The notes beneath the pieces are model-generated. The model was not told the DNA's origin. It saw nothing but the letters and a program-made list of their open reading frames with translations, and did not search any database. Position numbers and translations under genes: made by a program. Positions 41,901 through 64,000 of a stretch of DNA of 64,000 nucleotides are shown piece after piece. Location of the stretch: assembly GCA_002269645.1 (NCBI GenBank), contig NIVC01001641.1, positions 62,001-126,000 on the forward strand, in the 5' to 3' direction. How positions within the stretch are numbered: the stretch's first letter is position 1; every line of letters starts with the position of its first letter. Origin of the DNA: Macrostomum lignano. Taxonomy: Eukaryota.

Positions 41901-41999
41901 CTGCTCAGCGATAGGATCTCAGAAGGCGCTGTTCTCAACCTGTCTGTCAGCTTTCTGCACTGGAAATTTCGCTCTCTGTACTGGGAATCAACCTGAGAG

Positions 42000-44900
42000 A
42001 TGCAGATGCTTCAGAGTAAGTTGTTTTTCTTGTCTGTTTAACTTGTAGTTGTCTGTCTTTCTTCTAAGACCTAGGCTACAAAGATTGTAGGCTTATTAGT
42101 TATAACAAGGAAGGATTCGAAGGTGCAGGCTTAATGCTTTTCCAATGAGGTCACGTGACTGAGTTAAAATCCTGAAGACGTTAAATTTCAAGGTATATAA
42201 CTTGAGAAAAACGGACTTAACAACTTGTCGCAATATCTTAAGTCAAGGATATACGTTTTAAAAACTAAAAAAACTTTTGACATTAATCAAAATTATTAAT
42301 GGTATAGTAATTATTTCCACGAAACCGTTTCTTAAAAGTAAGATGCATGTCATTTTACTTATGCAGTGCAAAGTCGCGTCAAATTATCTTTATTAACTTT
42401 TTTATCTCTTCACATGCTATAAATGTATTTCGAGTCCACGGCATAAATTAGGTGAAAATTACTCGGGGGCTCACTGCTCGTTATCAGAAGAATACTGATA
42501 AAATTGAGTCTACTTCAATTAGCCTGAACTTGAAGTGTCTCAAGCTTCTCGTCAGGTGTGCTATATATTGATATCTTATCTCCTTGGCTAATTAGGTAAC
42601 TTTATAATCTTCTCGCTGATTGCTTAGAACTCGCCGCTCAGCTGACTCGCAGCCTCAGCCCGGGCGGCCTTTCAACTTGCCGCCATCTCAGCGGCGGCGT
42701 CGGGCTGCCGAAGTCAGGCGGCGGCGACGGCGTTGGCGTTGACGACGGCGGCATATCGAAAGAGTTCGGCAAAAATGACCACCCAGTCATCAAAGAAGGC
42801 AATGGCGGCAGATCAAACGGCAAGTTGGGGACGTTCTCCGGCCTGACGCCCGACTTTCCCTGCATTGTCGGCAATCCGTCCAGCGGGCCGGAGCCAACCT
42901 ACGCCAGCGTGCCGAAGAACAGCTACCGCCTGTTTGAGTACCCGGACACCTTCTGCCTGGAGCTCAACTCTGGCCGCCTGCCCGGCTTCAAATTGGCCTA
43001 CGAGACCTGGGGCAGCCTCAACCCGGACGCCAGCAACGCCATCCTGCTGTGCACCGGCCTGTCAGCTTCTTCGCACGCTCGCAGCCACCCGCTGAACCCG
43101 GCCAAAGGCTGGTGGGAGTCCTTCATCGGGCCCGGCTGCGCCCTGGACACCGACAAGTTCTTCATCATCTGCGCCAACCTGCTCGGCAGCTGCTTCGGCA
43201 GCTCTGGTCCGTCAAGCGTCAACCCGGAGACCGGGGATCCCTACGCTACGACGTTTCCAGTTGTGTCAGTCACCGACCTGGTGCGCTCGCAGTTCCTGCT
43301 GCTTGACCAGCTGGGCATTCAACGGCTGCACGCCGCCGTCGGCTCGTCCCTGGGCGGCATGCTGTCTCTGGCCTCGGCCGTGGAATTTCCCGACCGGGTG
43401 AATCGGTGAGAGTTCGATAAAAGTCCACTGAGATCTTGGTCTGGGGCCATGAAGCCAGCTTTGGTCGAGTCCAGGTGTGGTTAAATTTACAGTTTAGACG
43501 TGCACTTTTGCTGGTCCGGCTAAGCCGCTTGCTTGCAGTTTGCTTGCACGGCAATTGCGACAACAATATCAAAATTGGCACGCCTTGCGATAAGAGACTC
43601 TCGGGGGGGGGGAGGGGGGGTGGGGCTCTGCTAATACGTTTACTGACGTTTGAAGGGCCGAATGGGCAGATTTCTGTCTCTGCAGGCTGTAAGACGGGAG
43701 ATAAACCATGGAAGGCGTTGCACCCCAGGGCTCCTACAATCACCTCAACGTGATTGACTTTATCATGCTCGTAAAGTTGAGACTCGGGATCGACCTCGTT
43801 ACAGGGAACTTATGTGTCTCGGCCCCCTTATCGATAGATTTCTACCGCTTTTGTACATGTGCCTATAATCCAAGGTGTGCTGCGCTTCTTACTTAGTAGG
43901 TCGAGGCTTTTAGTTGGGTATTTAAGTAGTTAGTTAGTTGGTTATCGTAGTTAGGGCGCTCTGATGTGCCAGCAGTCCAGGCTCGATTTCAAGTGCAGTC
44001 ACGTTAATTTTGAGCTAAATTGAAATCTCGGCTTGGCTCTGCTCGTGCAATTAACGCCTTTGATGGCCAACCACCAAGGCACAGTGAAGTGTACATGCCT
44101 AATGATAAATAAATCTGATATGCATGACTGCGTACGTATCCGCGCGCTTGTGTGCCTGCTCAGGGGAGTCGGCGGAATTAGTCAGTCAGTTAGTCAGTCA
44201 GTCAGTCGATCCCCCAGCCAGCGAGCGAGTAATTAGTGATGTCCTTTCCACTGATTAACTGAACTAAAAGTACAGATTCATGACCTTTCTCGTTATCTGA
44301 CCTGCATGTTAAACCATCGTTGGGATCAAACCTCAGGCGGGATCGAACCCCAGACAGTTCAACAGACTCCGGAAGCATCCAGAAGATCGTCAGTCCACCC
44401 CGCTCCTCATCCGCAGCCTCATCTCGATCTCGTCGGCCAGCTACAGCCATCCGACCTCCATCGCGATGCGCTACCTGCAGCGCAAGGCCATCATGACCGA
44501 CCCGCACTGGCGCAGCGGCCGCTACTACGGCTCCGACTACCCCAAGACCGGCATGAAGCTGGCCAGGGAGATCGCCACCCTCACCTACCGCAGCGGCCCT
44601 GAGTGGGAGACCCGGTTTGGCCGGCGCCGGCTGAACCCAGCCGCTCCGCAGGCTGTCAGCCTCTGCCCGACGTTCGTCATCGAGCAGTACCTGGACTACC
44701 AGGTAAGGCTCTGGTCGGGTTTCGGGTCTGGGATATTAGAAAAAATTTTTTTAGGATTTTATGAGAGATGCGTGTGTATTGGGCTGTGTGCACCCTGCCG
44801 CACTTTTAAGCGACGTTGTCACGCAACCGGCGAGAGGCATTATTTACTACCCATTCCGCCGACTCCCCTGAGCAGGCACACAAGCACGCGGATACGTACG

Positions 44901-46116
44901 CAGTCATACGCACAGGCACACACTCACACAAGAGTGTACAGCGAGCGGCCCAAACTTTATTTATCGTTAGGCATGTACACTTCACTGTGCCTTGGGGGTT
45001 GGTCCTCAAGGGCGTTAATTGCACGAGCAGAGCCAAGCCGAGATTTCAATTTGGACTCAAATTAAAGTCAACTCCAAAAACTTGAGTCAATTTCTCCAAT
45101 GAAATGTACACTCAGCAATATTTTGAAGTTTCCACACAGAAAACAGTGGTCAACAAGTGGCAGCTCTTTACCATGTTGCTAAGTGTATTTAAGGCTGTCT
45201 CGAATATTTTTGATGCAAGGTCTCAGGGGGTTCCTAAGAGGAAAGGCGACAGTAAGGAAGGGCGACAGTAAGTAAGGGCGACAGTAAGTAAGGGCGACAG
45301 TAAGTAAGGGCGACAGTAAGTAAGGGCGACAGTAAGTAAGGGCGACAGTAAGGAAAGGCGACAGTCAGGAAAAGGCGACAGTCAGGAAAAGGCGACAGTC
45401 AGGAAAAGGCGACAGTCAGGAAAAGGCAACAGTCAGTATGGAAAGGCGACAGTAAGGAAAGGCGACAGTAAGTAAAGGTGACAGTCAGTAAGGAAAGGCG
45501 ACAGTCAGGAAAGGCGACAGTAAGGAAAGGCGACAGTAAGGAAAGGCGACAGTAAGGAAAGGCGACAGTAAGTAAAGGCGACAGTCAGTAAGGAAAGGCG
45601 ACAGTAAGGAAAGGCGACAGTAAGGAAAGGCGACAGTAAGGAAAGGCGACAGTAAGGAAAGGCGACAGTAAGGAAAGGCGACAGTAAGTAAAGGCGACAG
45701 TCAGTAAGGAAAGGCGACAGTAAGGAAAGGCGACAGTAAGGAAAGGCGACAGTCAGAAAGGAAAGGCGACGGTAAGGCGAAGGCGAACCTGAAACCCCCC
45801 CTTCCAGGGCGAGGCCAGCTCCGTGCGTCTGGACCCCAACAGCCTGCTGTACCTGAGCAAGGCCATGGACCTGTTCGACGCCGAGGACCAGCTGGACAGA
45901 GTCATCTGCCCGGCTATGATTCTGGGCGTGCAGTCTGACATCCTGTTCCCCGTGGAGCAGCAGCGCCAGCTCGCCCAGCGTCTGCGCGACATCGGCCGCT
46001 GCCGGCGGGTCACCTACTTCGAGCTGACCTCGCTGTACGGCCACGACACCTTCCTGCTGGACGTGCACAACGTGGGCACGGCGGTGAAGGGCTTCCTGGA
46101 GACCGAGCACGCGTAA
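42000..46116 (+). CDS. cys2: MetX/Met2-fold serine O-acyl(succinyl)transferase, fungal Cys2-like, with mitochondrial-type presequence
   Basis: Exons 42000-42015, 42628-43405, 44417-44702, 45808-46116, all in phase. Motifs LLCTGLSASSHA, GWWESFIGPG..LDTDKFFIICAN.LGSCFGSSGPSS, nucleophile GSSLGGM, YRSGPEW, GVQSDILFP (Asp) and YGHDTFLL (His). Confidence 0.88.
43930..44180 (+). mobile_element. tRNA-derived SINE family B, partial copy
   Basis: Shares ggctcgat..aagtgc..gtcac.ttaat..gagctaaattg.aatctcggcttggctct..ccaaggcacagtgaagtgtacatgcct with the 57088-57440 copy. Confidence 0.8.
44778..45065 (-). mobile_element. SINE family B copy lacking the 5' head
   Basis: Reverse complement of the 57088-57440 copy from the body through the 3' tail. 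Confidence 0.82.
45240..45785. repeat. 16-20-bp purine-rich minisatellite ending at a splice acceptor
   Basis: Unit aaggaaaggcgacagt, with cagtaagt/cagtaagg variants. Confidence 0.93.
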
Positions 46117-46289
46117 CCATGCAGTTCTCTCCGGCTGGAGCTCGCGTTCAGCGAATTCTGACTTGCTGTTTTCAGCTTGCCAAGTGGTAGCTAAATTGTT
46201 CCTGTCTGCTTTTGCTGCTCTGCTGTCTTATCTAAGCTCACTGTTTGACGCCAGCACGCACCTGCTTCTCTTCCGGTCTCTGATCATCT

Positions 46290-46870
46290 CTTCTCTCTTC
46301 TTTGCTCTCCCATCTCCACTCTCCCATCTCCCCTCTCCCATCTCCCATCTCCCCTTTCATCTCTCCCCTCTCTCCTCTCCCCTCTCCTCTCTCCTCTCTC
46401 ACATCTCCCTTCTTCTCTCTCCTCTCTCCCGTCTTCCCTTTCCCCTCTCCTTTCTCCTCTCTCCCATCTCCTCTCTCCCATCTCTTCTCTCCCCTCTCCT
46501 CTCTCCCCTCTCCTCTCTCCCATCTCCTCTCTCCCATCTCCTCTCTCCCGTCTCCTCTCCCTCTCTTCTCTTCCCTCTTCCCTCTTCTCTCTTCCTCTCT
46601 TCTCTCTTCTCTCCTCTCTCCCCTCTCCTTTCTTCTCTTTTCTCTCTTCTCCTCTCTTCTCTCTCCTCTCTCCTCTCTTCTCTCTTCTCCTCTCTTCTCT
46701 CTCCTGTAGCCTCGCCTCTCTCCTCTCTCCCATCTTTCTTCTCCTCTCTCCCATCTCATCTCTCTCCTCTCTCGCCTCCTCTTTATTCTCTCCTCTCTCC
46801 CCTCTCCTCTCTCCCCTCTCCTCTCTCCCGTCTTCCCTCTCCTCTGTCCCCTCTGCTCTCCCATCTCTCT
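46290..46870. repeat. CT-rich low-complexity tract
   Basis: (ctctc/ctcct)n. Confidence 0.9.
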
Positions 46871-47444
46871 TATTTAAATGGACTTCTCATATTTATTTTC
46901 TGTGTATTTAATAATGAACGGATATTTTGACATAAAATTTATGAACCAAGAACCTTAGTCTGGCAGATTCAATTTTTTTATCCCTTATTTACTATCAAGA
47001 GTACTTTGTGTTTTTCACGTCAGCTGTACATTCATTGCAAACCATACTGAAACCGTGACTATTTCTTAAATCTATGCTTCAATTTGTTTATTAAATACTC
47101 GTAGATCGTGTCAAAAACATGCCAGACTCCTCCTTCATCATACTGTTTTTGAAAAACAACTGCTTCGATATTGTAGGAGATACATGTATTTTCAGATAAT
47201 AATTTTTTGTTTTGCAATAAAATTTCATTTTCATTCATCAATTCTTAAATTCTAAAGTACATTTGCCTAGCAAACGCCCACAAAGTAACTAAGATGTGGT
47301 TGTCTGTCCTGAGCTGAATTCCAGAGTCAAACCTTGAGTAGTCATAAAGCTTTTAACTTATTTAAAAAGACATCGGACGCCAGAAGCGCTTTTGAGTCTG
47401 AAAATATGATTTTTACAATTTTTAAACTATGAAGGTCGCCTCTT

Positions 47445-47910
47445 CGCACTCCCCTCCGCTCTCTTCTCACTCCCCTCCGCTCTCTTCTCACTCCCCTCCG
47501 CTCTCTTCTCACTCCCCTACGCTCTCTTCTCACTCCCCTCCGCTCTCTTCTCACTCCCCTACGCTCTCTTCTCCTCACTCCTCTCAGCTCTCTTCTCACT
47601 CTCCTCCGCTCTCTTCTCACTCCCCTCCGCTCTCTTCTCACTCCCCTCCGCTCTCTTCTCACTCCCCTCCGCTCTCTTCTCACTCCCCTACGCTCTCTTC
47701 TCCTCACTCCTCTCAGCTCTCTTCTCACTTTCCTCCGCTCTTTTCTCACTCTCCTCCGCTCTCTTCTCACTCCCCTCCGCTCTCTTCTCACTCCCCTCCG
47801 CTCTCTTCTCACTCCCCTCCGCTCTCTTCTCACTCCCTTCCGCTCTCTTCTCACTCCCTTCCGCTCTCTTCTCACTCCCTTCCGCTCTCTTCTCACCCCT
47901 CCATTCTCTT
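47445..47910. repeat. 21-bp CT-rich minisatellite
   Basis: Unit ctcccctccgctctcttctca. Confidence 0.92.
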
Positions 47911-48654
47911 CTATCTCGTCTCCGCCAATATTTGCCAAATCTGTTTTTAAAAGTCTCGACTGTACTTTGCGCATTTTGAGACGTCTGTCGCCCGCTACCT
48001 CTCAGTATGCTTCAAGCTTCAACCTGACACTCTGTAGAAGTTCTGCAGCTGCATTGGGCAGTAAAAACCACCAGCAGTTCAGCGCTAAACTCAGTCTCGA
48101 GCCGCGACGGCCGTGGTTCGATTCCTCGGGCGGCCACATTCATTTGGGGTTTGTGTGCACAAAATTTTGGCCAAGAGTTGCCGGGTGATTAACACATATA
48201 AAGCTAACCTTTCAAGGCACAAAGGGTGTACATTGAAGGGTTGTATTTCTCTTCTGCCCGCAGATGCCCGCAGCCCGCATGCGAATATTTGTTCATATTT
48301 TATGTATTATAGGCTGCTGCGTAAAACTGGCAATAATAAATTTGTCAAACTCGTCGATCAAAACAGATCGAGTGCTACATTTTGAATGCCTGTCATTTTA
48401 ATTTGCAATTGGCGCGCTTATTTGCCAAGCATAAATCTCAGATTTGTACTTTGTCGGATTCAATTCATCCTTCATAATGGTTTTAAAATCGGAAAATATT
48501 CTAGTAAAAGAATCTACCTGGACATCTATGTGGGTGCCTGTGAGAGTGTGAGTTTTACAATTGAAACCAAAGAGAAACCAAGGTAATTCTATTTAATCTA
48601 ACTTTCTAACCCAGCCCCGCTACTCTTCAATTGGTCCCTTTTAACCAAAATAGT

Positions 48655-60491
<11,837 letters not shown>

Positions 60492-60504
60492 CTGGCGAAA
60501 GGAT

Positions 60505-63500
60505 AGGTGGTGAATACATCACAGGGCATCAGTCTCTGGGGTTAGATTGTGGTGAATAGATCACAGGGCATCAGTCTCTGGGGTTAGATTGTTGTGAATA
60601 GATCACAGGGCATCAGTCTCTGGGGTTAGATTGTGGTGGATATATCACAGGGCATCCGTCTCTGGGGTTAGATTGTGGTGGGTCGATCACAGGGGATCAG
60701 TCTCTGGGGTTAGATTGTGGTGAATAGATCACAGGGCATCAGTCTCTGGGGTTAGATTGTGGTGAATAGATCACAGGGGATCAGTCTTTGAGATTAGATT
60801 GTGGTGAATAGATCACAGGGGAATAGGGGATCAGTCTCTGGGGTTAGATTGTGGTGAATAGATCACAGGGGATCAGTCTCTGGGGTTAGATTGTGGTGAA
60901 TAGATCACAGGGCATCAGTCTCTGAGGTTAGATTGTGGTGAATAGATCACAGGGCATCAGTCTCTGGGGTTAGATTGTGGTGAATAGATCACAGGGCATC
61001 AGTCTCTGGGGTTAGATTGTGGTGAATAGATCACAGAGCATCAGTCTCTGGGGTTAGATTGTGGTGAATAGATCACTGGGCATCAGTCTCTGGGGTTAGA
61101 TTGTGGTGAATAGATCACTGGGCATCAGTCTCTGGGGTTAGATTGTGGTGAATAGATCACAGGGCATCAGTCTCTGGGGTTGGATTGTGGTGAATAGATC
61201 ACTGGGCATCTGTCTCAGGTTAGATTGTGGTGAATATATCACTGGGCATCAGTCTCTGGGGTTAGATTGTGTTGAATAGATCACTGGGCATCAGTCTCTG
61301 GGGTTAGATTGTGGTGAATAGATCACTGGGCATCAGTCTCTGGGGTTAGATTGTGGTGGATATATCACAGGGCATCCGTCTCTGGGGTTAGATTGTGTTG
61401 AATAGATCACTGGGCATCAGTCTCTGGGGTTAGATTGTGGTGAATAGATCACAGGGCATCAGTCTCTGGGTTAGATTGTTGTGAATAGATCACAGGGCAT
61501 CAGTCTCTGGGGTTAGATTGTGGTGGATATATCACAGGGCATCCGTCTCTGGGGTTAGATTGTGGTGGGTCGATCACAGGGGATCAGTCTCTGGGTTAGA
61601 TTGTGGTGAATAGATCACAGGGCATCAGTCTCTGGGTTAGATTGTGGTGAATAGATCACAGGGGATCAGTCTTTGAGATTAGATTGTGGTGAATAGATCA
61701 CAGGGGAATAGGGGATCAGTCTCTGGGGTTAGATTGTGGTGAATAGATCACAGGGCATCAGTCTCTGAGGTTAGATTGTGTTGAATAGATCACAGGGCAT
61801 CCGTCTCTGGGGTTAGATTGTGGTGAATAGATCACAGGGCATCAGTCTCTGGGGTTAGATTGTGGTGAATAGATCACAGAGCATCAGTCTCTGGGGTTAG
61901 ATTGTGGTGAATAGATCACTGGGCATCAGTCTCTGGGGTTAGATTGTGGTGAATAGATCACTGGGCATCAGTCTCTGGGGTTAGATTGTGGTGAATAGAT
62001 CACAGGGCATCAGTCTCTGGGGTTGGATTGTGGTGAATAGATCACTGGGCATCTGTCTCAGGTTAGATTGTGGTGAATAGATCACTGGGCATCAGTCTCT
62101 GGGTTAGATTGTGTTGAATAGATCACTGGGCATCAGTCTCTGGGGTTGGATTGTGGTGAATAGATCACTGGGCATCAGTCTCTGGGGTTGGATTGTGGTG
62201 AATAGATCACAGGGCATCAGTCTCTGGGGTTAGATTGTGGTGAATAGATCACTGGGCATCAGTCTCTGGGGTTAGATTGTGGTGAATAGATCACTGGGCA
62301 TCAGTCTCTGGGGTTAGATTGTGGTGAATAGATCACAGGGCATCAGTCTCTGGGGTTAGATTGTGGTGGATATATCACAGGGCATCCGTCTCTGGGGTTA
62401 GATTGTGGTGGGTCGATCACAGGGGATCAGTCTCTGGGGTTAGATTGTGGTGAATAGATCACAGGGCATCAGTCTCTGGGGTTAGATTGTGGTGAATAGA
62501 TCACAGGGGATCAGTCTTTGAGATTAGATTGTGGTGAATAGATCACTGGGCATCAGTCTCTGGGGTTAGATTGTGGTGGATATATCACAGGGCATCCGTC
62601 TCTGGGGTTAGATTGTGGTGGGTCGATCACAGGGGATCAGTCTCTGGGGTTAGATTGTGGTGAATAGATCACAGGGCATCAGTCTCTGGGGTTAGATTGT
62701 GGTGAATAGATCACAGGGGATCAGTCTTTGAGATTAGATTGTGGTGAATAGATCACAGGGGAATAGGGGATCAGTCTCTGGGGTTAGATTGTGGTGAATA
62801 GATCACAGGGCATCAGTCTCTGGGGTTAGATTGTGGTGAATAGATCACAGGGCATCAGTCTCTGAGGTTAGATTGTGGTGAATAGATCACAGGGCATCAG
62901 TCTCTGGGTTAGATTGTGGTGAATAGATCACAGGGCATCAGTCTCTGGGGTTAGATTGTGGTGAATAGATCACAGAGCATCAGTCTCTGGGTTAGATTGT
63001 GGTGAATAGATCACTGGGCATCAGTCTCTGGGGTTAGATTGTGGTGAATAGATCACTGGGCATCAGTCTCTGGGGTTAGATTGTGGTGAATAGATCACAG
63101 GGCATCAGTCTCTGGGGTTGGATTGTGGTGAATAGATCACTGGGCATCTGTCTCAGGTTAGATTGTGGTGAATAGATCACTGGGCATCAGTCTCTGGGGT
63201 TAGATTGTGTTGAATAGATCACTGGGCATCAGTCTCTGGGGTTAGATTGTGGTGAATAGATCACAGGGCATCAGTCTCTGGGGTTAGATTGTTGTGAATA
63301 GATCACAGGGCATCAGTCTCTGGGGTTAGATTGTGGTGGATATATCACAGGGCATCCGTCTCTGGGTTAGATTGTGGTGGGTCGATCACAGGGGATCAGT
63401 CTCTGGGGTTAGATTGTGGTGAATAGATCACAGGGCATCAGTCTCTGGGGTTAGATTGTGGTGAATAGATCACAGGGGATCAGTCTTTGAGATTAGATTG

Positions 63501-64000
63501 TGGTGAATAGATCACAGGGGAATAGGGGATCAGTCTCTGGGGTTAGATTGTGGTGAATAGATCACAGGGGATCAGTCTCTGGGGTTAGATTGTGGTGAAT
63601 AGATCACAGGGCATCAGTCTCTGAGGTTAGATTGTGTTGAATAGATCACAGGGCATCCGTCTCTGGGGTTAGATTGTGGTGAATAGATCACTGGGCATCA
63701 GTCTCTGGGGTTAGATTGTGGTGAATAGATCACAGAGCATCAGTCTCTGGGGTTAGATTGTGGTGAATAGATCACTGGGCATCAGTCTCTGGGGTTAGAT
63801 TGTGGTGAATAGATCACTGGGCATCAGTCTCTGGGGTTAGATTGTGGTGAATAGATCACAGGGCATCAGTCTCTGGGTTGGATTGTGGTGAATAGATCAC
63901 TGGGCATCTGTCTCAGGTTAGATTGTGGTGAATAGATCACTGGGCATCAGTCTCTGGGGTTAGATTGTGTTGAATAGATCACTGGGCATCAGTCTCTGGG
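60505..64000. repeat. 42-bp satellite with higher-order blocks, running off the window
   Basis: Unit gggcatcagtctctggggttagattgtggtgaatagatcaca. Confidence 0.97.

Noticed and set aside
48075-48140. tRNA-like segment with B box ggttcgattcc and 3' cca
   Set aside because: No matching 5' acceptor strand or D arm; at most a SINE remnant.

Overview
Eukaryotic, intron-rich animal genomic DNA. GC-rich exons sit in AT-rich spacer DNA with many (GACA)n tracts and minisatellites, a style consistent with a free-living flatworm such as Macrostomum (inference from composition only). Six spliced protein-coding genes could be assembled: a JADE-family EPL1/PHD chromatin gene (-, runs off the left edge), ER glucosidase II alpha GANAB (+, first exon not found), a TWIK-type K2P channel (+), a C8orf82/UPF0598 homolog (+), a Cys2-type serine O-acyltransferase of the MetX fold (+), and a PC1/3-like proprotein convertase (-, 5' end beyond the right edge). 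A 19-kb transposon graveyard (3.4-22 kb) holds an RTE-type LINE inserted in a dead Penelope element, a near-intact hAT transposase nested with MITEs, and a long-TIR mariner derivative. Two tRNA-derived SINE families occur, one with a MIR-like CORE domain. Most introns carry their own tandem-repeat array. Top items: the Cys2-like alternative cysteine-synthesis gene, the CORE-SINE, the inverted SINE pair around one Cys2 exon, the splice-site-abutting minisatellites, and a nuclear-receptor-palindrome minisatellite upstream of the K2P gene.
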